Source: Dendrobates tinctorius
Lineage: Eukaryota
Assembly: GCF_039654945.1 (NCBI RefSeq)
Contig: NW_027361712.1
Coordinates: forward strand, 19,778,001-19,842,000
Reading direction: 5' to 3'
Length of the DNA stretch: 64,000 nt
The notes under the pieces were generated by a model. The model searched no databases. It saw nothing but the letters and a program-made list of their open reading frames with translations, and was not told where the DNA came from. Positions 10,837 through 22,800 of this stretch are shown piece after piece (the stretch's first letter is position 1; each line of letters starts with the position of its first letter). The position numbers and the translations under genes were made by a program.

Positions 10837-13800
10837 GTAACGTAATGGTACCTGAATATTGTGTTATAGTGGCTGTCTGTCTATCTATAGAATACAATCA
10901 ATTGACTGGTTTATGGATTTTTATATTATATTGCACCATAGGCACTTTTGTATTTCACTTTATAGTGTTGCAAATAAAATCGTTCTGCACTTTATATATA
11001 AATATGGAAGAACAGATATGAAATTGTACTGTTTGGACACTAATTGATGTAAATTGTATTCACTACTTGAAAAAGGCTCACACACAGAGCCAAAATGTTG
11101 CGCACAAATGGACTATTAAACTAGCTTTTTATGCACTAAAATGAGGGTGTGCTGCTTCTTTGATTTTTCTAATATAAGGACTGGTATGTACCTGTGAAGC
11201 CTTGCACCCAACTATTGCCATTGTTCAGGTGCCGCTCTCTGCTTAATTTTTTCTATCTATCTATTTGTATCTATCTATCCATCATTATCTATCTATTATC
11301 TATCTATATAGCCTATCTATCTATCTATCCAGGGTCGGACTCGGGTGCCTATGGCCCGCCAGGGGAATTAACTCTAGGGGCCCACTCTGCAGCTTCCGTA
11401 AACTTTTTCTTTGTATATAATGTAAGGACAGGATGTTAAACATACTGTATTTGTAATATACCTCATTAGGAAAATTAGTTTCTGGCAGCAGCAAATGATG
11501 AGTCCTGATGTTCCTGAGCTTCCATCTTTCTCTACACCTGGACCCTGATGTGCAGGTTTATGGTTTTTTTTTTTAAAACTGAATTAGCAGCGGGGGCGGA
11601 GAAAGTCAGGAACTCATGAATATTTAGGACTCATCATTATGTGCTGGAAATTCCAATACAAGACTTTGGTACAACTGCTATGGGGATCTGTCACAAGTTT
11701 GTAACCCTTAGTTAGGATACCATAAAATCAGTGGCAAATTCCCTGTAAGAGAATCCCTGGATAACACCTTTATGCAGGGCCGGCCCGAACGTATAGGCGA
11801 ACTAGGCGGCCGCCTAGGGCGCCAACCCAAAGGGGGCACCAGAGAAAAAATAGAAAAAATTATAAAAAATCTTTTCAAAAGGCAAAAAGTTTTAGGGATG
11901 GAAAGAAAAGTGTACATATTTAAGGGCAAATATGACGCAAGAGAGGTTGATTGGGTTGGCAACAATTTCGATAGAATCTGAAGTTGCTAAACAAATTAAT
12001 CTGGTGACTTAGTGTCATCCTTTTAAAAAAAAAAAAAGGCAAGGAAAGAAAAATTTTAATTACCTATAGTCGTTTTTGTTTTGTGTTATTGATTACTTTG
12101 TATACATTTGTCCTATACAACTTCTCAGAAGATTAAAGAGTTAGGAAAGAGTTAATTAATCATTGTTGTTGTGGTTTATTTTGCTCCTAAATTTATATCC
12201 CAAGTTTTCATCTACTGCCAAGAATAGTAGGGGCGCAACAAAATAGTTTCGCCTAGGGTGCCGTAATCTCTCGGGCCGGCCCTGCCTTTATGGGTAGTTT
12301 CACACTACTGCCCAAATGCACTCTCAAAAGATATAAAGCGCAAAAGACACATAGCAATATATGTGAGGTATTAGTTAATATTCTGGCCAAAATACATAAG
12401 CTTCAACCCATGTCAATGGTCCCCATTTTTTGTTGTAAGCCAGATGCTCTACATCCTTTGTGTGTGAACACTGTCACATACAGATTGTATTTATTTGCAC
12501 TGGTGTACCAAACGGCCAATCCCTGATTGTAGGCTGGCTGTCTCATCGGTATTACTGCACCTGTGTAGTCACCATCTTTATTTGGGTCCGCTGCACCTTG
12601 ATAGTGTATTTGTCTTGAGGTCTAGAGAGGTAAGCATCTTTGCCTGTTTTTTGGTGTGTTTTTTTTCTAGATTATTGGAGGATTTTCAAGTCCTCTTTTT
12701 GTGGATATATTGTTAGAGTAGGACTTGCAAAAGTGGGGACCCTTGATGTGGGTTGCAAGCTTACATACTTTGGACAGAATATTAACTAATACCTCTCATA
12801 TATTGCTATGTGTTTTTTTTCACTTTATATCTTTTCAGGGTGCATTTGGGCCTGGATGGCTCTGTAAACTGTGGTCTCTGTTCACACAGGATGCATTTTA
12901 GTTAGCACTGGGCAGCCCGCCATAGGGTGTTATTAATAGGCTGTAAGCCAGATGCTCTGCATCCTTTGTGTGTGAACAGTGCCGCATACAGATTGTATTT
13001 GTTTGCACTGGTGTACCAAATGGCCGATCCCTGATTGTAGGCTGGCTGTCTCATTGGTATTACTGCACCTGTGCAGTAGCCATCTTTATTTGGGTCCGCT
13101 GCACCTTGATAGTGCATTTGTCTTGAGGCCTAGACAGGTAAGCATCTTTGTCTGTTTTTTGGTGTGTTTTTTTTCTAGATTATTGGAGGATTTTCAAGTC
13201 CTTTTTTGTGGTTTTGTTCCCTGCCTCTAGAAGCCTTTTACGAACTGTTCTTACCGTACACTTCACCCCAGCTGCCATTTGCCATTCCTTTTGTTAGGTC
13301 ACTTGGTGTCACCTGTGGTTGCTGAGTGACATTTGAATAAGATGATGGTCATCCTGGTCAGTGGAGAGTCGTTTTCACCCTCTGCCGGTCTGTAGCTTTG
13401 TTGTTCCAAATGTCTGCTGCTTGACCTTGTTGTAATGGATGGCCATGTTAGAAATTTTAAGGATGGAGGCAACATGACGCTCACTGTATCCCTCTGCTAG
13501 AATTGAGCCCTTCTTTTCCTTACTCAAGAATTTTCTTTTCAACTCCTTTGGCATGGTTAAAAGTTATGTTTTCATTCCTATTACTTTTGAGATATTACTA
13601 GCACTTGTTTTGCCATCCAGCTTGTCCTATTGCAAGAGGATTGTGAACACCACAGCAAGGTTTTTTATACTTTCCTTCGTTAAATAAGATTTCGTTCAGG
13701 TGATCACCTAATCAGAAGCACGCTAAGTAGAATGAGGTGTACTCTGGTTGGAATTCAACTGACGCTGGAATGGGATGCCTGTCAGACATGTAGAGAAGCT

Positions 13801-13845
13801 GATTTTTATAAAACGTTGCAGTGGTCTCTTAATTTTTGCCAGAGC

Positions 13846-13882
<37 letters not shown>

Positions 13883-16800
13883 ATACACCTAGCATACATA
13901 CAGGCATATATATATACAATTTATATATTATGTAAGATAGTGCTTACTGTTTGTGTTGGGGGACACTCACTTGGCTGCAATATTGACATGGTCAGACATG
14001 GGTTTTTCTCATAAAACAGTCCATTCGGTTTATTTTATACAGCATAAACCTCACCGTAGGTCATGTTGCACATCACATACCAAACTCATAATCCATAACT
14101 TATCACATAAGGCTTTATCAGGCGTTTACTAGTCACGCCTGACTTTCTCCAGTCACCAGGTGACTGTACAGTTCAGTAACGGACCATTGCCAGCGCACAC
14201 AGTTATTTCCCCATGTCCGAGGTTACCTCTCAGGAGCTCCTGCTCCACAGACTGACCTCCTGTCAGTCCTGGTTCCTGGGGAAGCTGCCGAACTGGGATC
14301 ACCATCCTTGTGTCCAGTGCACTACCGACAGTCCAGATCCTCAGACGGAGGGTAGCTCCCCCAAACGCAATGCCTTCAGACTCCTCAAAGACACGTGGCC
14401 TGACCGGGTGCTATTCAGGACACATTTGTCCAACACCCAGGCCACCAGGTCCGGTGCTATTCAGGACGTCCGTCCCCTCCTGGGATAATCCAACACACAG
14501 GCCTCACTGTGTGCTATTCAGGGATCTAATCCTACTCCCAGGATCTCCCAACACACCAGCCTCACCAGGTCCAGGGCCTCAACATGTGCTCTTCAGGGAT
14601 CCGATCCTACTCCCAGGATCTCCCAACACAGACCTTACAGGACCTTGCACCCTGAACCATTCAGGTACACATACTCTCCCCCATGTGACCCACCCTGGCC
14701 ACATTATATAGCTGTAACCACCCCCATATGTGGGCGGTGTATGTGTGGCTAGCCAGTCCCACCCAGCTCTTTGACTAGCCCTGTAAGCCTCCCTAGTAAA
14801 CTAAACAAATCTCTTGTGGAACTACAAGACCCAGCATACCAACATTACTGGCTTACAGCGCAGAGGACTTCTGTGACACATACTGACCATTTACAATAAT
14901 GCCTCTTACTGTTTCCCCATCACTATAAAAGAAATGCCTGCATGCATGTCCTGGGGAGCCCATACAGCGCCCCCTAGCTGTAACAGGGGTCACTGCATCA
15001 CATACCCCCCACCCTGTTCAAGCTTGTGGGGTTGAACACTTGCCATAAACCAGGGACCTTGAGACCGGGCACCCATGTCACCTTGCCCTACCAGTCGAGA
15101 GGGCCCTCTCAGTCGTCTTTGAGCGTCAGCTCCCGAGACGTAGTCCATCACTGTCACTGTATCCCTCTCTGTGATCAATGCATTTTTGGACTTTGCCCTT
15201 TCATGTTTCAAAGCCAAACTGTCAGGCCTCCCCCACCCCCAGCAGTCCTTATGTCGGCCTTGAGCTTTGGCCCTTAAGTCACAGTCCAACTGTGACACCA
15301 GACCCTTTTTAGTCTCCACATTTCTGCAGTATGCCCTGTCACCCGACTTTTCTCTCAGTGGCCGGCTCTCCCGGTTAGTATGGTCAGAAGTCCCACTTCC
15401 AGTCGAGTCAGCTGTCTGGCCTGAGTCTGACCCATTTAGTACATCACAGGAGCTACTGTCCAGGTCTCTCCATTTCATACTGAAAGTAGAACTGCCACTT
15501 GCAGATTCTCAACATTCTTGTGTTGCTGAAAGTCTTCGTCTACCTGCCATTTCATTATTTGAAGGATCCCTTCGGGTCCTTGTGCCTTGGGTTGGAGCCT
15601 GCCGCCGCCTGATGTTCTGCATCTGTTTATTAATGTCTGTGTCACATCCCACAGTACGGTAAACCCTCAAGGTGCTCTCTGTTCGGGTGTCAGCCACTCT
15701 TTTTAATTACCACATGACTATCAGTCACCCTGTGGTACCCGTCAGGTAACATCATGTCCGTAAGTCGGGCAGACGCATCCTTCCTTTGGTCACCCTGACG
15801 TCTGACCCATCAGTGTTGGGATGTGTTACTGCCTTCATGTACGCAGCTCCATCAGGAGTGAGTCCTCCATCCTCCTGCTGTAGAGGAATTCCCTTCTCCC
15901 ACATGTCTGAGAACAGCTTAGAGTCCTGGCCTATGATTACCGGACAAGATAAATTTGGGACTATACCGACATCCTGACCTGTACTGTCCCAGGTCGTCTC
16001 AAGGATAACCCTGGCCACTGGATTGTCCTTAGTGCTCCCATTAATGCACGTGACCCCGACCTTCCTATTGGGTATTACAAATCCCTGGGGCGCCACCCTC
16101 ACTAGTCACTGAGCTCCCAGAATCGACCAGTCCGCACATTTCCTTCTCAATCATCTGCAGGGCACACCCACGTAGCCTCTTGCAGGGTGGGTAGATTATA
16201 TAGCAGACTGGGCACACATAGTACACTTGCCCCTGGCAATCGTCTGTCTGCGTCACCCCTTTAACTTCAGGATGCTCCGCCCCAATTCCCCGGGACTTCA
16301 CCCCTTTTTGGGCAACTACTCCCTTTTGGGATACTGCCCTCTTTTGGGACTCCACCCTTTTTGGACAACTACTCCCTTTTGGGATACCGCCCCTTTTGGG
16401 ACTCCACCCTTTTTAGGGCACCCATCGCTGTTTTGGGTTACCGCCCCCTTTTTGGGACACCACCCCATTTAGGGACACCACCCTGCTATGGGGTACACTC
16501 TGTGGACTCCCCCACGGCACGCTCAGGTCCGAGTTCACACAATCCCTTATGTCTTTCTGGGGCTGGTACTGGCCCTTTAAGAGGTTGCACACTCTGAACC
16601 TCTGATGTCCTTAGGGCACCTCACCAGCTCCTACTGGCACTGCCACAGCTCCTGCTGTAGCCACAAACCACTGGCACCTCCTGCTGCCGCTCACAAGCAG
16701 CTGCTGTTGTCACTGCAGCTCTTGCTCCTGCAGAACTTCTTGCTGCAACTTGCAACTGCAGCTCCCACTGCCACAAGTCCATGTACACTTCCCCTGCACC

Positions 16801-19800
16801 GTCTTCGTGGACCCGCCGATCCACCGCAACCTTCGTAACCCCGCCGAGTTACAGCCAGATGCTTGTCACCTTGGTGACCCCACTGAGCCACCGCAAGCCG
16901 ACTTGAGAAAAAAAAAAACTTTGTGACCCCGCTGAGCCACAGCAAACACCTCACATGTGCTTTCTGGACCATTGCCCACATTCTCCACCATATGTAAGAT
17001 AGTGCTTACTGTTTATGTTGGGGGACACTCACTTGGCTGCTATATTGACATGGTCAGCCCCGGTTTTTACTCATAAAACAGTCCACATGGTTTATTTTAT
17101 ACAGCATAAACCGCACCGTAGGTCATGTTGCACATCACAGACCTAACTCATAGTCCATAACTTATCACATAAGGCTTTATCAGGTGTTTACTAGTCACGC
17201 CTAACTTTCTCTAGTCACCGGGTGACCGCACAGTTCAGTAACGGACCATTGCCAGCGCACACAGTTATTTCCCCCATGTCCGGGGTTACCTCTCAGGAGC
17301 TCCTGCTCCACAGACTGACCTCCTGTCAGTCCTGGTTCCTGAGGAAGCTGCCGAACTGGGATCACCATCCTTGTGTCCAGTGCATTACAGACAGTCCAGA
17401 TCCTCAGACGGAGGGTAGCTCCCCCAAACACAATGCCTTCAGACTCCGCAAAGACACGTGGCCTGTCCCGGTGCTATTCAGGACACATTCATCCAACACC
17501 CAGGCCACCAGATCCGGGGCCTCACCGGGTGCTATTCAGGACATCTGTCCCCTCCTGGGACCGTCCAACACACAGGCCTCACCAGGTCCAGGGCCTCAGC
17601 ATGTGCTCTTCAGGGATCCGATTCTACTCCCAGGATCTCCCAACACAGACCTTACAGGACCTTGCACCCTGAATCATTCAGGTACACACATGTGGTGCCT
17701 CGGAGGCTCAGTCGCCACAGAGGTACTGCACCTTCTCCTAAGGTGTAGTGCCCCACCATCCAGGTAAGGTGGGAACTCCTTTCCACGCTCCAACACTCGC
17801 ACCCCACACAACAGGGTAGTTCTGCACAACCACATTGCGGCTCAGTGCTTAGAGAGTAGCAGAGCACCTTTGGTGGTTCCCTGCTTGGAACACTGGATGT
17901 GCTGGGAGGTGGGTGGAGTTGAAATATATAAAAGAGTGGGAAGGTGTAGTCTGACAGGAGGTCAGTGAGGGGAAGGAAGCCACTCGGGAGGAGTTGGGAT
18001 CCCTGGAAGAAGGGATGGAGGAAGGAGTGCTGCAGCTGCCTCAGTGATCTGAGCCAGCTGGCACGGGAAAGGAAAAGAAGGAGGAAGACGTAGAACTGCA
18101 ACCTAAGCTTCCATAAGAGAGAGAAAGACAAGTACGGAACGAAGGAGTAGGAGAACAGAGAGGACGTGGGTTGGAAGAGGAACGCTGCCTATAGGTTCTC
18201 AGCGCAAGGCCGGGGCCCGGTCCCGAGGTTGTATGGACACTTATGGTTCTGCAGCAGACATCGGTGGAGTAGTAGGCTGTAAATGCACTACTCCCATCTA
18301 AGACTTGGGGCACAACAGCAACCGATTTAGAGAGCCGGGACTCAGAAGGGAGTCCCCGAAGTAGGCTACAGCTGTCATACGAGTAGAGTTCTTGGGAACA
18401 TCTGACAGGAGGAACTCCAGGGTACCATGGTACTGGAGCTCTTCACACTTTAAGGTGCAATAGAGGACATGTTGGCGGAGTGTTGGAGAGGAGCTTTCCA
18501 TCTGGCCTGGAGGTTGGCTGAGTCTCTGACCCGGAGGACACGGCCCGGAGGCAGGCACCCTTGTGTACCGCAGACTGTGAGTAAAGCTTTGGAACTGCAA
18601 GCCTCGGTGTCCTCCATTCAATCTTGCGCCAACCCGCTCAGCACCGCTACATCTGGGTACCATTTTTTACACTGCCTGCGCCTTTCCACAACCATCACCA
18701 CTTCACTGCCCTGGGACATCAGCCCTACCTGTGGAGGGCTATACCATCACTGCTGCATCATACCATCTGTCCCAGAGGATCTGTCTGCAGCGTCGGCTTA
18801 ACACCTCCCTTGCCGAGCACCACAGGTGGCGTCACGAACTATTCCATTCCATTAACTACATTCCCCGATTATTTGGGCGCCCAGGGCCACGGACCGGGTC
18901 ACCGCCGCTGTGACACTTTCCCCTGACACCGGCCCGGTGCCGAGTACCCCATGGCCCTGGGAGGGTGACCCACACACTCTCCCCCATGTGACCCACCCTG
19001 GTCACATTATATAGCTGTAACCACCCCCATATGTGGGCGGTGTATGTATGGCTACCCAGTCCTGCTCAGCTCTTTGACTAGCCCTGTAAGCCTCCCTAGT
19101 AAACTAAACAAATCTCTTGTGGAACTACAAGTCCCAGCACACCAACATTACTGGCTTACAGCGCAGAGGACTTCTGCGACACATACCGGCCATACTGGCT
19201 ATCAAAAGACAGTGTGAGCGCTCTGCTGTGATCAGAGGTATAAAGTTTACCTCCAGTCACTGGTGTCAGCCATTGGGACTACTGATCCCATCATCCGATA
19301 CCTGCTACCACTAATTACAGTAAAAGCAGGAGCGACGGATGGGAATATTTATCAAACGCACTGTAAATAAATAATTAAAAAAATAAAAAAGGCGTGGGTT
19401 CCCCTGTATTTTGGCTAACCAGCCAGACAAAACTTAAAGCTGGGGGCTGCAACCATCAGCTGTCATCTTAAGCAAGGCTAGTTATCAAAATAGAGGGGTC
19501 CACACGCTGATTTTTTAATTATTTAAATAATTTAATAAAAAGGCGTGGGATCCCCCATTTTTGACAACCAGCCTTGCTAAAGCAGACAGCTGGGGACTGG
19601 TATTCTCAGTAAGTAAGAGGCCATGGATATTGCCCCCTCCAGCCTAAAAATAGCAGCCCACAGCTGCCCAGAAAAGGCACATCTGTAAGATGCGCCAATT
19701 ATTGCTCTTTGTCTAGGTCTTCCCACTTGCTCTGTAGCTGTGGTAAGTGGGGTGATAGTTGGGGGGGTTGATGTCATCTTTGAATTGCCAGGTGACATCA

Positions 19801-22800
19801 ATCCCACAGCTAAATAATGGAGAGGCGTCTATCTTTTTGTTTCCTGGTTTTGCGCCATGTTTATTTTGTTTAACCCTGCACTGGTTTATACCATGACTTC
19901 AATAAACCAGCGGAACAAATGTTCCTGTGTCTACCTCTGTAAGCAGCTGAGTGAGTTAACCTACCACAATAGCCACAGTCTCTGTCCCTATCTTTTGTAT
20001 TGAAGCATCTAATAAGCACAAACAAAAGTCTTTGTAAAGGGATGGGGGGCAGGGCCAGCTGTAACATCACCGATTGTGATTGGTGGATCCTGTGTTATCA
20101 GCTGTGTATAGAGGCATTGTAATCATGCCTCTGATGACAAGCAGCCTGCTAAAAACTGTTCCTGAAAGGACAGTAAGTATTGTATGAGTATAAAACCTTC
20201 AGTGGCCAGCATCACAATTTAAAGATCACTCATTTTGATTTTTTAGTTTGTTTTTTGTAAAGTAAATATCGTATTATGAAAAAAAGCATTGCCAATTTTT
20301 ATGTTTTTTTTTACATACATGTAACACAAAAATCTGATTTAAACAATAGATAATTTTCTGATGACATATTCCCTTTAAGTTCTTCAAAATCCCTTATTTC
20401 ATGGTATATAGCGACAGACCTATAATTATGCCACATGTAACATTTTGCAATTTGGGTTAATAACATAATAAAGTTTGCCTTTAAAGGTATCCTGTTATCA
20501 ACTCATATATTTACAAGGTAATGTTGGGTGGGAAATCAAATGGGACCCTATGTAGTAAAGGAAATTGTTCTCACTTTTCTTTGTCTATAGTGTTTGGGTC
20601 TCAGAGGTTTGTGTTAATATGGAATAGGAATCTGTCAGTAAGATCAACACCCCAAAGTGCATATATGGATATACAGGTCTTTGAAATGTTAATTCATTGA
20701 CTCCTTTATATTTCCTATCTGTTGCTGCATTCCAAAGAAATTTGTGTTTTGATGTCTATGCAAATGATGGATTAAGTGCTCTGAGCATGACAGAGAACTT
20801 AACTTGACTTTGCCTCCAGAGTTTGTTTCCCTGTTCAATGCCAGCCTCTATGCCTGTGTGACATCAGGTGCCAGGCAAGGAAATCAAATAGTGGCCATCA
20901 ATCAAGGTAAAGAAGCTAGTGCTGGGTGGGGAAAGAGCATGGGGAGGCAGTGACTTATTAAATGCACTGTAATACCCAGAGCACTTATTACCTCATTTGC
21001 ATATGAATTAAAACACTGATTCCTTTGGAATGCAGCAACATATAGAAGAGATAAAGGTGTTGATAGATTTCAAAGACCTGCATGCCCATATTTGTGGTTT
21101 GGGGATTGTTCTTACTGATAAATTCCCTTTAAGTTATAGTGATAACTACCAAAGAACAATCTTCTACTCAATAATCAGGCAAGGAAAATAAGTGTACAGG
21201 AGACCCATTGTTTATCAGTCTACCTACTGCTAATATCATATGGAACATGATCCTAGTTTCCTTCCATGTTTCTCTCCACAGGTCCTCTGCTTTGTGATAT
21301 TTATATGTTTTGCGGCCTCCATATCTTCCTATTCGGCAGCCCCTCTGATTGAGCTTATTATCACTCTCATGTTCCTCATCCTCTTCTCAAGTCACTACCA
21401 TCTGCGTCTTGCTGCTCTCAACTGGCCCTGCATGGTGTGTAAAACATTAGAAAAAGCATTTGGTTTGGATTTACTGTACCACACCCCAGAGTGAGAATGT
21501 AATGACATCATTTAGCAGCAATTGCAAAGTTTGTTCTATTTATTCTGCTTAATTTGCTGTAGCATTTACGGAGCCGGACAGATAAAGTTACAGTGATTTG
21601 AAAGTGCGAGCAGTCATTTGGATTTCATTAGCAAACTCAGCGGTTAATTATTAAGTTGTTCCCTCTGTGTGTGATAAATACTATGGGAACCAGACCTGAT
21701 ATCCTTCCAACCAGTTACTTTTGTCCCATTAGATACTGAAATAATGCACCCTGTAAACTAGATACTAATTATCATTGTTGGTGCTGCCTGCACAGAAATC
21801 AAGCAAATGTCTTAATTACTACCAATACTGCATTCTGTTGCATTTAGGATTTCCTGCGCTGTGTCTCTGCTGCAGTCATTTTTGTGGTAGTGTCAATTGT
21901 GGCTGCCGCCCGGAGTTCGGGAGATGCAGGAGCAGTTACGGGAGCTGTAAGTATTTTGGCACACCTCAGTTACTTTACTTGTGACACGACCCTTATTAGG
22001 GTAGACACCGGCTTTATAGACACACTATGCTGACACTGTGATCAAACTCTGATGAGAGTTTGATCAGTGTCGTTTATATAATTGATTCCATTTTCTCGGA
22101 TGACAATAAATACACTCATGTGCACCTAGCCTAAGTTTTATTCAATGAAATCCCTGGTGTTTGTATGGATATAGTCAGGGCCGGTTTTAGACAAAGTGGG
22201 GCCCTAGGCAAAAGTTTAAAGTGGGGCCCCAAATGGTAACATTGTAAAAACACACATTTAGGTTACAATACATGAGCAGGATGCGGATACAGGTGGCAGA
22301 GGGGCCTGGAGCCAGTGCTGGCACTGTGGTCCCCATATTCAGGGGCTTTATATCAGCCAATGGGTCTTCCACTAATAGCATTACACAGGAGCATTGCTAG
22401 GGTCAGAAAAGATTGGGGGCCCAACCCCAAGACAAAGCGTTGTCCCCCAACCCCCTCTTAAAGGGAATCTGCCACCTACTTTTGGCGGGCTATTTAAATG
22501 AGGTCGGTCCGGTCCAATGGTCGGTCCGGTCCAATGGGCGGTGTTTCCGATCTTTGCTGCCTCCCCATCCTTTGCCGCCGGCCGCAGTTTTTTCATGAAT
22601 AGGATTAGGTGTCCGCCATATTTCGCGTGTGCGCTAAGCATTCTTGGCTCGTGCACGCGCAGTAAACTTTGTCCAACTGCGGGCAAAAATGAAAAGCCTG
22701 ACTGCGCATGTGCCAGTTAACTAAGCCCCAGAAGTATTTTGCTGTGTTCCTGGGCCCAATTAAGCGGCACATGCGCAGTCAGGCTTTTCGGCTTTGCCCG

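Noticed and set aside
14213-17767. Paired similar ORFs (14213-14711, 17222-17767)
   Set aside because: They lie in the two LTR copies; the similarity reflects LTR duplication, not a gene family
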